64,000 bases of DNA from Candidatus Woesearchaeota archaeon (GTDB taxonomy: Archaea > Nanobdellota > Nanobdellia > Woesearchaeales > GW2011-AR15). The translations under genes were made by a program, and so were the position numbers. The notes under the pieces are model-generated. The model was not told the origin of the DNA and searched no databases. It saw only the letters and a list, made by a program, of their open reading frames with translations. Location of the stretch: assembly GCA_038874655.1 (NCBI GenBank), contig JAVZBY010000001.1:202971-266970 (forward strand). The letters are read 5' to 3'. Below are positions 8,588 to 18,297 of this stretch, piece by piece (positions within the stretch are counted from its first letter, which is position 1; each line of letters starts with the position of its first letter).

Positions 8588-9553
8588 ATGAAAGTATTTA
8601 TTATTGATTTAGTTGGTTGTAAACCATTTGAGATAGGATATCAAATAAAAAAAACATTGGAAAATTTAGGGCATGAAACAAAATCTTTTAATTATAGATT
8701 TTTTAAACTACAACATTTTAAGTTTTCAAATAAACTTTTGAATGAATATATGGTTTTTCAAGCAACAAGATATAAACCAGATTTAGTTTTAGTAAATAAA
8801 GGCGAGTCAATCTTACCTAAAACAATAGAAAAAATTAAAAAAATTGATTGCAAAGCAGTTTCTTGGAATCCTGATGAACCTTTTGGATATTTAGATTCTT
8901 TTAATAGGATTGAAAATGTTTCTGAGTATGATGCGTATTTTACATATGATAAACAATATTTAAATCCTTTGAAAAAATTGAATAAAAATGTTTTTCATTT
9001 GCCTCCAGGAGCAGATCCTTTTGAAGTTCATAAAGAGGTTATGGAACTGGAAAAAAGAAAATTTTCTGCTGATTTATGTTTAGTAGGAACAGCATATAAA
9101 AACAGAATTGAGTTATTATCAAAATTTTCTAATTATAAATTGAAATTAGCAGGTCCAAAATGGGATAAAGCGCCTAAAAAATTAGCAGAGCAAGCACTTC
9201 CAAGAGTTTCTATAAGAGAGATGGTTTCAATGTTTAATGAAAGTAAAATTGTTTTGAATCATTATGGTGAATCAAAATATTTTATTGTGCCTAATCCAAG
9301 AACTTTTGAAATACCAGCATCAAGATCTTTTCAATTAACTAATATGTCTAGAGAAGTAGAAGATTATTTTAAGCCAAATAAAGAGATTGTTGTTTATAAA
9401 GATGAGCAAGAATTTAAGGAATTAGTTGATTATTATTTAGATGATGATCAAGAAAGAAACGAGATAGCACAAAAGGGTTATGAAAGAGTTTTAAAAGAGC
9501 ATACAATGGAAAACAGAATAAAAAAAATGCTAGATGTTTTAGATAAAATATAA
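8588..9553 (+). CDS. CgeB/YkvP-family glycosyltransferase
   Basis: SKIVLN, PNPRTFEIPA, YYLDDDQERNEIAQKGYERVLKEHT. Confidence 0.82.
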   Translation: MKVFIIDLVGCKPFEIGYQIKKTLENLGHETKSFNYRFFKLQHFKFSNKLLNEYMVFQATRYKPDLVLVNKGESILPKTIEKIKKIDCKAVSWNPDEPFGYLDSFNRIENVSEYDAYFTYDKQYLNPLKKLNKNVFHLPPGADPFEVHKEVMELEKRKFSADLCLVGTAYKNRIELLSKFSNYKLKLAGPKWDKAPKKLAEQALPRVSIREMVSMFNESKIVLNHYGESKYFIVPNPRTFEIPASRSFQLTNMSREVEDYFKPNKEIVVYKDEQEFKELVDYYLDDDQERNEIAQKGYERVLKEHTMENRIKKMLDVLDKI

Positions 9554-9587
9554 TTCTTATTTTTTTGATTTTTTTAGTTGATTTTAC

Positions 9588-10703
9588 TTAAACTAATTTT
9601 TTTTCTTTTAATTCTTTATATGCATGATTCACTAAATCTTTTGCTTCAACTTCTTTAGACCAATCTATTATTTCTTGTAATCCCTCTTTTAAATCTACTT
9701 TAGGTTCAAAATCAAGTTTATTTTTTATTTTTGTAATATCAGCAAAACAATGTCTTATGTCTCCTTTTCTATATTCATTGTTGATTATAGGTTTGACATT
9801 ACTATCAAATAATTCTATTAATGTTTCTGAAACTTCACCTATAGTAATTTTTTTACCTGTACCAACATTGAATACTTCATAATTAGCAGAATTATTCTTT
9901 ATACTTAATAAACAAGCTCTAACTATATCATGAACACTTATGAAATCTCTACTTTGTTTTCCGTCTTCAAATATTAGAGGAGGGTTATTGTTTTTTATTC
10001 TGCTCATAAATATTGCTGCAACACCAGTATAAGGATTGCTTAAACTTTGTCTAGGGCCATATGTGTTGAAAAATCTTAAAGCAACAGATGGAATTCCATA
10101 AGCTTTACCAATGTTTAAAGTCATTTCTTCTTGATTTTTTTTGCTTATTGCATATATGCTACTGCTTTCTAAGGGTTTTGTTTCTTTTGTAGGAATAGGT
10201 TTTAATATAGAATTACAAAATGGACAATATGGCTCAAATTTCTTTTTTTTTAAGTCATCTTCTTTTCTTGAAACATTATTTATTTCTTTTTCACATTTTT
10301 CACAATAATAGGAGCCTTCACCATATATACTCATACTTGAAGCAACAATAACTTTTTTTACATTATGATTTTCATTAACTAAAGCATGTAGTAAGTTTGC
10401 AGTCCCTAGTTCATTAGTATCAATATATTCTTTTACTTGATACATGGATTGACCAACACCTACACGGGCAGCAAAATTTACAATAATATCAGAATCTATA
10501 ACTACATTTTTTAATTGCTCATAATTACGAACATCTCCTTTTATAAATTCTGCTTCAGGATTTAAATAGTCAGGAATTTTATTATTATGAACTTGAGGTT
10601 CTAAGTTATCATAAATTACAACCTCATCTCCTTGTTTTATAAGTTCATCAACTAAGAATGAGCCAATAAAGCCAGCGCCACCGGTAACTAATATTTTTGC
10701 CAT
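9588..10703 (-). CDS. NAD-dependent nucleotide-sugar epimerase/dehydratase with CxxC...CxxC insertion
   Basis: TGGAGFIGS, ASSMSIYGEG, YAISK, LRFFNTYGPRQ, RKGDIRH. Confidence 0.9.
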   Translation of the reverse strand: MAKILVTGGAGFIGSFLVDELIKQGDEVVIYDNLEPQVHNNKIPDYLNPEAEFIKGDVRNYEQLKNVVIDSDIIVNFAARVGVGQSMYQVKEYIDTNELGTANLLHALVNENHNVKKVIVASSMSIYGEGSYYCEKCEKEINNVSRKEDDLKKKKFEPYCPFCNSILKPIPTKETKPLESSSIYAISKKNQEEMTLNIGKAYGIPSVALRFFNTYGPRQSLSNPYTGVAAIFMSRIKNNNPPLIFEDGKQSRDFISVHDIVRACLLSIKNNSANYEVFNVGTGKKITIGEVSETLIELFDSNVKPIINNEYRKGDIRHCFADITKIKNKLDFEPKVDLKEGLQEIIDWSKEVEAKDLVNHAYKELKEKKLV

Positions 10704-10757
10704 GCATCCTAAAAAAAAGGATTTCTTTATAAAATTTTCTTATACTTTTTTGGTTTT

Positions 10758-11822
10758 TTAATATAATTTTTCTATAATTTTTTTCATTTGTAAACCTATA
10801 TGCACATTAGAAAATTCTTTTTTAAATAATAAATAACCTTTTTCAGATATTTTTTCTCTTAGTGTTTTATTTTCATATAATAATATTATTTTTTCAGCTA
10901 TGTCTTTTTCATCTCCAATGTTTGCTAAAAGACAATTTTCTTTATCTTTAAATTTTGATAATATTGCTTGAGTTTTTCCAGTTAGTAATGGCATTTTTAA
11001 TGCTATTGCTTCATATGCTTTATTTGGAATTACTCTTTTTGCTTTTTCTGTTATGCCAAAAATCCCTAATATAATGTGTCCTTTTAACAATATATCCGGA
11101 AGTTCATTCATATTTATTAATCCTAAAAATTTAATGTTTTTTAATTTTAAAGTTTCTGATAATTTTTTCATTTCTGGAAAGGTTTGACCCTTTCCTATAA
11201 GAATAAAATCAATTTTATTTTTATATTTCTTATTATCTTCAATTATTTTTGCAGATTTTATTATATATTCAATTCCTTGTAGTGGAATAAATGTTCCATG
11301 AAACATTACAGTAAATTTTTTGTTTTTCTTTATTTTTCTAGGATAGAAAATAGTTTCATCAGCACCAATTACAACTTCAGAAAATTTTTCTTTTTTTAAT
11401 TTAAATTCATTAACAAAATAATCAATGTGTTCTTTAGTATCTAAAATTATGTGATCAGATATTTGGCAACTAATTTTGTCTAAAAGCCAAAGAATTTTTG
11501 CTTTTATTGTTTTATCTTTTACAAGTTTTCTATCATTTACTAAAGTGTCATAATCAGATATAAAAGCATCAAATAATATTTTTTTTTTATGTATAAACTT
11601 TAATAAATATGCAAGAAATAAGTGTTTTTTGCCAGTTATAAATAATAAGTTGTAATCTTTTTTTAATAATCTTTTTACAACTTTTATAGGGTTTTTTTCA
11701 ATGTATTGCTCTACATGGAAATTTAATTTTTCTAATCCTAATTTTATGTTTTTTGTTCTTGAATGCATATTTGGATTATAATAACCAAGCATTAAGATTT
11801 TTTTTGTATTTAGTTTTTTCAT
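10758..11822 (-). CDS. Glycosyltransferase (GT4-like)
   Basis: FHGTFIPLQG, LGIFG, IPNKAYEAIA. Confidence 0.85.
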   Translation of the reverse strand: MKKLNTKKILMLGYYNPNMHSRTKNIKLGLEKLNFHVEQYIEKNPIKVVKRLLKKDYNLLFITGKKHLFLAYLLKFIHKKKILFDAFISDYDTLVNDRKLVKDKTIKAKILWLLDKISCQISDHIILDTKEHIDYFVNEFKLKKEKFSEVVIGADETIFYPRKIKKNKKFTVMFHGTFIPLQGIEYIIKSAKIIEDNKKYKNKIDFILIGKGQTFPEMKKLSETLKLKNIKFLGLINMNELPDILLKGHIILGIFGITEKAKRVIPNKAYEAIALKMPLLTGKTQAILSKFKDKENCLLANIGDEKDIAEKIILLYENKTLREKISEKGYLLFKKEFSNVHIGLQMKKIIEKLY

Positions 11823-11825
11823 TTT

Positions 11826-13103
11826 TTATCTATTGGATTTATTAATTAAATATTGGTAGATTTTAAATATCTTATTTTGGTTTTTGAATTTTTTTATGTG
11901 TTTTTTTATGAATTTAAGGTTAGTTTTTAATTTATCATCAATAGCTTTGCATATTAATTCTTTGAGTTCTTTTTCATTATTATATAGATAACCAGATTTT
12001 TTATCAATAATTATGTCAGTTATTCCACCAATATTGTTTGCGATTACAATTTTTTTTAATGAAATTGCTTCTAAAGCAGTTCTACTAAATGCTTCTGCTA
12101 CAATAGAGGGTATAATAATAATATCGTGTTTATTTATAATTTGTAAAACTTCATTTGAAGGAACTTCATCACTGATATTTATTTTTTGATTTTTGTGTTT
12201 TATCATATAATCTTTTAAAATTCCTTTTCCATAGAAATTTGCAATAAATTCTTTATTAATTTCTTTTAATACATCAAATAATATTTTACAGCCCTTTGGT
12301 TCTGTGTATGGGCCAAGATAAAGTATTTTTTTTATTTGTTGTTTTTCTTTGTTTTTATTTTTTATTTTATGTTTAATTTTTTTTGTTATGTTTTGATTTA
12401 TATTTTCAATTATATTGTATATTATTTCAATTTTATTTTCATTGATTCCTTCATTTATTAATCTTTTTTTCATGTAATTACTTATTGCTATATAGTAATC
12501 AAATTTAGAAAGTAATTTTTTATATTCAATATATCTTTTTCTTAATAAAAAGAAGGTTATTGGGTTATATTTTATTAATGGATTGAAGTTTATTTTTCCA
12601 ATGTTTTTTGATTTAAGATAGCATTTTGTATAATTTTTTAAATTACAATCTAAATTGCATTCGTGTTTATCTTGATAAATTAGTGTTCCTTTAGGGCAAA
12701 ATAACACGGGGCTGTTTACATGTAAGATAAAAGGTTTTTTTATTTTATTTTTCAATAATATTGAATAAATACTAGTGATATTAAAGCAATGGATTAAATC
12801 AAAATTTTCTTTTTTATTTAGGAGTTCTAAGTTTCTTAATAAAGATTTTTTAAATTCTAATCTTTTAATGTTTCCAATTAAAGAATTTGGCTCACCGGTT
12901 TTTAATAATCTGTGAATTTTTATATTTTCTGTTTCTTCATATTTTTTAAGATTATTATTTTGTGATGTTAACACATGAATTTTTATGTTTTTTTTATATT
13001 TTTTTGAGTATTCTAAAATGTATTTTGCTAATAAATAAGAACTAAGTTCTCCTCCACCTTTTATATTTGGATAAAAAAATTCAGATATAAATAAAATTTT
13101 CAT
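11826..13103 (-). CDS. Glycosyltransferase family 4
   Basis: FYPNIKGGGE; PSIVAEAFSRTALEAI; similar architecture to 1947-3173. Confidence 0.88.
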   Translation of the reverse strand: MKILFISEFFYPNIKGGGELSSYLLAKYILEYSKKYKKNIKIHVLTSQNNNLKKYEETENIKIHRLLKTGEPNSLIGNIKRLEFKKSLLRNLELLNKKENFDLIHCFNITSIYSILLKNKIKKPFILHVNSPVLFCPKGTLIYQDKHECNLDCNLKNYTKCYLKSKNIGKINFNPLIKYNPITFFLLRKRYIEYKKLLSKFDYYIAISNYMKKRLINEGINENKIEIIYNIIENINQNITKKIKHKIKNKNKEKQQIKKILYLGPYTEPKGCKILFDVLKEINKEFIANFYGKGILKDYMIKHKNQKINISDEVPSNEVLQIINKHDIIIIPSIVAEAFSRTALEAISLKKIVIANNIGGITDIIIDKKSGYLYNNEKELKELICKAIDDKLKTNLKFIKKHIKKFKNQNKIFKIYQYLINKSNR

Positions 13104-13189
13104 ATTAAGAAGAATTATTTTTTATTTTAATTAGTTTTTTATTTTTTAATTTAATTTTATAATTAATTTTATTAATTTTTTTTAAAGAT

Positions 13190-13546
13190 TTATTTTAATG
13201 ACTTTAATTGTTCTTCTATTTCTTGTAATTGTTCTTCTAATTTTTTTAAATCAGATTTTAGTTTTTTATTTGGTTGAATTAATGTTTCAGTTATTTGTTT
13301 TTTTTGTTCTGTTTTTTCTAATTTTCTTATTCCTTGTTTTGGCAATTTTTCTTTGAGTTTTGTTATTAATAAATCTAGTTCAGCAGAAACTTTTCTCATT
13401 TCTTTAAAGTACTTTAATTTTTGTTCTCTTATTCTTTCTAATTTTTCATAACTTTGAAGGCATTTTATCAAATCTCTAGATGATTCTAATAAGTTTCTTC
13501 TTACATCAACGGGCTCAGGGATTCCAACAAAAAGGTCTTCTGTCAT
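13190..13546 (-). CDS. Hypothetical coiled-coil protein
   Basis: 118-aa ORF with heptad-like helices; co-oriented with two related genes. Confidence 0.7.
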   Translation of the reverse strand: MTEDLFVGIPEPVDVRRNLLESSRDLIKCLQSYEKLERIREQKLKYFKEMRKVSAELDLLITKLKEKLPKQGIRKLEKTEQKKQITETLIQPNKKLKSDLKKLEEQLQEIEEQLKSLK

Positions 13547-13579
13547 TTTTATTTTTTATGAAATTTTTTTACAAACGAA

Positions 13580-13801
13580 TTAATATCTAGGTTCAAATAG
13601 TGTTTGATCTACAAATTTTAATTTTCTTTCGATATCATCTATAGAATTTTTCCAATTATCTATTTCTAAATCTTCTTGATTTTTGAGTTCGTTTATTTTT
13701 TCAAGTAGAATTTTTGCTTCTTTTACTTTTGCATTGATTAATGCGATAATATCCAATATTTCATTATATTCATCAATTTTTATGAATACATTTTTATCCA
13801 T
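13580..13801 (-). CDS. Hypothetical small helical protein, paralog of the upstream gene's C-terminus
   Basis: 73 aa; ATG overlaps upstream TAA; ungapped similarity to the last ~70 aa of 13801-14796. Confidence 0.75.
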   Translation of the reverse strand: MDKNVFIKIDEYNEILDIIALINAKVKEAKILLEKINELKNQEDLEIDNWKNSIDDIERKLKFVDQTLFEPRY

Positions 13802-14796
13802 TAAAACACCTCTTTTTGAAATAAAACTTTATCAACATATATAATTTTTCTTTGTAAGTCTTCTATGCAATTTTTAAATTTTTTATGTTCTATATCTTGA
13901 TTTTTTTTAAGGTTTTCTAAACTATAAATTATATTTGGTGAGTTGCTAGTATATTCTTTTATAGAATCAATTGTAGCTAAAATATTACTGTAATGATCAA
14001 CCCTTACAAATAATGGTTTGTTTTGGAATTTTTGTGTTGTATTTATTCCATATAATATATTTGAATTTGGTTCTTCAAAATCAAATACATTAATTATTGG
14101 CAAGGATAAAATATCATCATTTGTTTTTTCTATGCTAAAATTTTTTATTGTATCTGTATTAATATCTCTAAATATAGGAATATCTATTTCTTTATTAATA
14201 TCTATTTTAGGCAAAATATCTGGAATTTCCTCATTATTGAAATTACTATTAATTAAGTTATTTCTTAATGTAGTATGATTATCAATTCTTTCTTCATTTT
14301 TTTTTATATTTGGCAGTTTTAATGGAGGTAATTCTGGTAAAATGTTTGGAATATTTTTTTCAGCATCAATTTTCTTATTGTTTTGATTTATATCATGATT
14401 TAAATTAATTGTTTCTTGAAGATTCAGGTTTAATTTGCTTTCAAGGTTAGAAGGTTCTGATTTTATAGTTGTATTTGTGTTATCAATGCTTATACTTTGA
14501 TCATTTTCTATATTTTTTATTTCTATTAAAGGTGTGTTAATATTACTTTCTTTTATTTTTTGTTCTTGAATATTTAGATTATTATTTATAGGTTCTACTA
14601 ATGGTGGAGGTGGTAAGGTGATAGTTTGATTAATTTGTGTTTTATTGATATTGTTTTCTAGATTATTAGATTCTTTTATTATATTTGAAGGTGGTAAGGG
14701 TGGTGGAGGCAGATTTATGTTTTGTAGATTATTTGTATTAGAATTTGTTAAATTATTGAAATCCTCTTTTTTTTTGAAGCTATCAAAAAACCCCAT
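13801..14796 (-). CDS. Hypothetical protein: amphipathic N-terminus, Pro/Asn-rich linker, C-terminal helical domain
   Basis: MGFFDSFKKK start (ATG 14796), LPPPPLPP and LPPPPL motifs, conserved C-terminal domain. Confidence 0.75.
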   Translation of the reverse strand: MGFFDSFKKKEDFNNLTNSNTNNLQNINLPPPPLPPSNIIKESNNLENNINKTQINQTITLPPPPLVEPINNNLNIQEQKIKESNINTPLIEIKNIENDQSISIDNTNTTIKSEPSNLESKLNLNLQETINLNHDINQNNKKIDAEKNIPNILPELPPLKLPNIKKNEERIDNHTTLRNNLINSNFNNEEIPDILPKIDINKEIDIPIFRDINTDTIKNFSIEKTNDDILSLPIINVFDFEEPNSNILYGINTTQKFQNKPLFVRVDHYSNILATIDSIKEYTSNSPNIIYSLENLKKNQDIEHKKFKNCIEDLQRKIIYVDKVLFQKEVF

Positions 14797-14868
14797 ATTT
14801 ATTAATAAGTTAGCCAAAGTTTTTAAAACTTTTTATTTGATTATTTTACTTAACTTTTTTATGCTCGT

Positions 14869-15570
14869 TTATGAATTTTTGGATTTTAGATAATTATAGA
14901 ATTCTATTATAGATTCAGAATCTTTTTCTTTATCATTTTCAAAAGTTTTAATGAGTTTTAAGCTTTCTTCATGAGAAACATTATATCTTTTAAATCTTTC
15001 ATCAGTATTAATATGGGTTTTATTGGAATAAACTTTTTCAAGATATATCCCAAAAGAAAAGGCATATATATTAGAGTTTTCATTATTATTACCTTGATTT
15101 TTTATAAGGAGATAATATAAATATTGACCTATTACATTTATGTAATCTAAGATTAATTCATTTAGATTTTCTCTTACTCTTAAGTATAGACCTGAAGGAT
15201 AACCTTGATTTTTTTTGTCTTTTCTTTCTAAATAAAAAGGAAATTCAAAAGAATCTTTAAAATTTTCTGGTAAAAAATAAGTTTGTTCAAGAATTTTTAT
15301 TATGATTTGTTTATAATTTTTTTCTTCGCAAATTGCATTTATAATATCTTCAATAAAAGGAACAACCGTTTTTATTGATTCTATTATATTATTAATTATG
15401 TTTTCTATATTTTTAGAATTAGGACAATTAGTTGAATAGTCATTTGGATTCTTTCTTATAGTAAGCGTAGTTCTATAACTAATTATTGCAATAGGGGAGG
15501 AGGTATTTCTTATAGCGAGCTTTCTTTTGTTGTCTATTTCTATTAAACCAGGATAATATAATTTGATCAT
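14869..15570 (-). CDS. Hypothetical protein
   Basis: 233-aa ORF, no recognised motif. Confidence 0.55.
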   Translation of the reverse strand: MIKLYYPGLIEIDNKRKLAIRNTSSPIAIISYRTTLTIRKNPNDYSTNCPNSKNIENIINNIIESIKTVVPFIEDIINAICEEKNYKQIIIKILEQTYFLPENFKDSFEFPFYLERKDKKNQGYPSGLYLRVRENLNELILDYINVIGQYLYYLLIKNQGNNNENSNIYAFSFGIYLEKVYSNKTHINTDERFKRYNVSHEESLKLIKTFENDKEKDSESIIEFYNYLKSKNS

Positions 15571-15670
15571 TAGATTTTCTTTTTTTAACTTTTATTTAAA
15601 TCATTCTATTTATTATTTTATTATTAAAATAATAGTAAAATATTTAAATTTATATAATTTATTTTTTTTT

Positions 15671-17686
15671 ATGAGTTTTTTAGAAAAGCGAAATTTTGTA
15701 AATGTAGTTATCGTTTGTTCATTATTGTTTTTTTTTATTTTTCCTTGTTTTTCACTTGCAGAAATATTTATTTCAGAGATTATGTTTTATGATGATATAG
15801 AATGGATTGAATTTTATGCAAATGGCTCTTATGATATTTCAAATTTAAAGTTAAAAGATAATTATCAATCTGATGATATTGTGTGCTGTACTGAGAATTG
15901 CGATTTTTTTGTTAATGATGAATTTTTTTTGATTTTTGCTAAAAATAAAATTTTTGATGAAATAAAAAATTTTAAAAATATTTCTATCGAGCATTTAGAA
16001 AGTAATAATAGTTTTGATTTTAATTCTATAACCATAAAATATTTTTGTGTTGATGATTCTTTGATTGGTAATGGATTAGGCAATCAAAAAGATGATATTA
16101 TTTTATTTAGAAATAATTCTGCTGAAGATAAAGAACAAATTTTATTAAATTTTTCATATGATTTTGATACAAATTTTAATTATTTAATTCCTGTTAAAGG
16201 TAAATCATTAGGTTTATTTAACTATACTTATTATATAATGGAAAAATCACCTTTTGTTGAAAATAGTTATTCTAGGATTTTATTTAACTTTGTAAAAAAA
16301 GATATTTCCAATATTATCATAGAAAATAATTTAACTAAAAATGAAACTTTTAGTATTAATCTTTCCAATGTATCTATATTTGATAAAGAATTATCATTTA
16401 ACAATTCAATTAATCAAACAGATTTTTTTTCAGAGAATATTACTCTTAATACCTCATTATCTAATAACTCGTTGATTTCATATAATCTAACTTTTAATGA
16501 AGCGTTACAAAATACAAAAATACAAAATAGTTTTTTTAATTTAACAAGTATATCATTTTTTAATTCTTCTTTAGAGATAAATATATCTGGTTATAAGGGG
16601 AATACCTCTAAAAGAGCTATTTATGTATATTTAGAAAATTATAAAAAAAATAAAACAACTTTTTATGTTAATAGTAAATTTTCTTTTTTTAACTTTTCAT
16701 TAAGAATTAATTATAAATATTGTGGTTATTCACATATTATTGTTGAAGGTTTAGATATTGTGCTCAAAGAAGAGGTTAATATTCCTTGTCATAGCGATTT
16801 TTTTAATCAATCTTTAAGTTTTAATTCATCAGAATTTTTTAATCATTCAATGGTTAATAACATAATTGATAACAGAAATGATAATAGTTTTTTATATAAT
16901 AATGATTCTTATATTTCTATTGTAGAACTTAATAAAAAAACAGAAATAAAAGATTCAAAAAGCACAAATCCTAACAATCCTAACATTGTAGATAAATCTA
17001 AAAAGCAATATAATCTATTAAATTTTTCTTATAGTAGTGATTTTTACACTAGAAATTATTTTTCAGCTTTATTAGAAATTAATAATTTAGATAATATTAG
17101 TCATTTCTATAAAATACATTTTTATGCTTATAATGGCACAAAAAGATTTAGTGATGATAATATTTTTGAAATAAATATTAAATCCAAAAGCAATGAAATT
17201 ATTTTTTTAGAAAATAAAATAAATAAAAATTTTAATGGTATAATTAAAGTTAAAATTAAGATTTTTAGAGATGATAGAAAAACAGCATATGAAATAACGA
17301 ATAGCATGAATGTCTATTTTGTTGAGGATTTTGTTGTGAAAAGTCAAGATAATAAGCAAGATTATGATCTTTTATCTATTGAAGAGCAGTCAAATAATAT
17401 GGACAATTCTATTTTTAAAAATAATTCTTCTACTAATTATTCTGTTAATAGTATTTATGATAATCTTGATAATACCTTTTTAAGTGAAGAAAATAATAGT
17501 ATAAATTTTGACACAACTAAATCAGAGGAAAATGAGAAAAATTTTAGCAATAATGATATGATAACTGGAAATGTCATAAATTTTAAAGATTTTAAATTTA
17601 ATTTTAAAGATAAATCTTTTTTAAAATATTTTATTTTAATCTTGCCTTTTTTTATAGGCATATATTTTTTGTTAAAAAAACATTAA
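15671..17686 (+). CDS. Secreted, C-terminally anchored surface protein with lamin-tail-like domain
   Basis: Signal peptide; ISEIMF...EWIEF...GLGNQKDDIILF; many NxS/T sequons; C-terminal TM plus KKH. Confidence 0.7.
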   Translation: MSFLEKRNFVNVVIVCSLLFFFIFPCFSLAEIFISEIMFYDDIEWIEFYANGSYDISNLKLKDNYQSDDIVCCTENCDFFVNDEFFLIFAKNKIFDEIKNFKNISIEHLESNNSFDFNSITIKYFCVDDSLIGNGLGNQKDDIILFRNNSAEDKEQILLNFSYDFDTNFNYLIPVKGKSLGLFNYTYYIMEKSPFVENSYSRILFNFVKKDISNIIIENNLTKNETFSINLSNVSIFDKELSFNNSINQTDFFSENITLNTSLSNNSLISYNLTFNEALQNTKIQNSFFNLTSISFFNSSLEINISGYKGNTSKRAIYVYLENYKKNKTTFYVNSKFSFFNFSLRINYKYCGYSHIIVEGLDIVLKEEVNIPCHSDFFNQSLSFNSSEFFNHSMVNNIIDNRNDNSFLYNNDSYISIVELNKKTEIKDSKSTNPNNPNIVDKSKKQYNLLNFSYSSDFYTRNYFSALLEINNLDNISHFYKIHFYAYNGTKRFSDDNIFEINIKSKSNEIIFLENKINKNFNGIIKVKIKIFRDDRKTAYEITNSMNVYFVEDFVVKSQDNKQDYDLLSIEEQSNNMDNSIFKNNSSTNYSVNSIYDNLDNTFLSEENNSINFDTTKSEENEKNFSNNDMITGNVINFKDFKFNFKDKSFLKYFILILPFFIGIYFLLKKH

Positions 17687-17702
17687 TTTTTTTATTGTCA
17701 AT

Positions 17703-18158
17703 TTACAATTTAAGTAAATTATCATTATATTCCAAATTTTCAATTTCTTTCAAATAAGAATTAAGCCCTTCTATTTGTTTTAATTCGCTTTTTAATAACA
17801 TCTCTCTTAGTTTATTATTTACTTTTATGTGTTCTTTTTCTATATTTTCTTTTATTTTTGAATATAATTTTTTACCTTCTTTATCCAAGTCTGTTAATAT
17901 TACTATTTCTTTTTTATTTTTTTCTTTTTTTTTAAGAAGTTTTATATTAATTTCCTGTGTAAAACTAAAGATATCTTTTTTTATGGTTAATATGTTATTT
18001 TCTTTGATTCCTAAATTTATAAGGGATTTTTTATCTTTTTTACCTTCAACAATAATTAGTAAATCTTCTGTTTTTATTTTTTCTATTTCATTTATTATTT
18101 CTTCTTTTTCTATTATCTTTCTATTATTTTTATAACTTATTTTATTATGTTCTTTCAT
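17703..18158 (-). CDS. Stand-alone TOPRIM domain protein (RNase M5/small primase-like)
   Basis: IIVEGKKDKKSL and ILTDLDKEG motifs. Confidence 0.85.
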   Translation of the reverse strand: MKEHNKISYKNNRKIIEKEEIINEIEKIKTEDLLIIVEGKKDKKSLINLGIKENNILTIKKDIFSFTQEINIKLLKKKEKNKKEIVILTDLDKEGKKLYSKIKENIEKEHIKVNNKLREMLLKSELKQIEGLNSYLKEIENLEYNDNLLKL

Positions 18159-18297
18159 TTTTTAAGAAGTTTTTTTAATTTAATTTTTTTATAATTATTT
18201 TTAAACATTTTGTATAGTTCTTAAATTTTTTTGATAAAATCATTATAACTTTTTTAATATAATAAATGTTTTAAATTAGATAATGTTTTTTATTTTT

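Noticed and set aside
14869-15570. Possible degenerate zincin motif (NVIGQY resembling HExGH)
   Set aside because: None of the metal ligands is present; resemblance too weak to call
15563-15670. Long hydrophobic N-terminal extensions in the track (also 44335-44439 and 58922-58993)
   Set aside because: Upstream alternative starts running through T-rich intergenic DNA; downstream ATGs give family-typical starts
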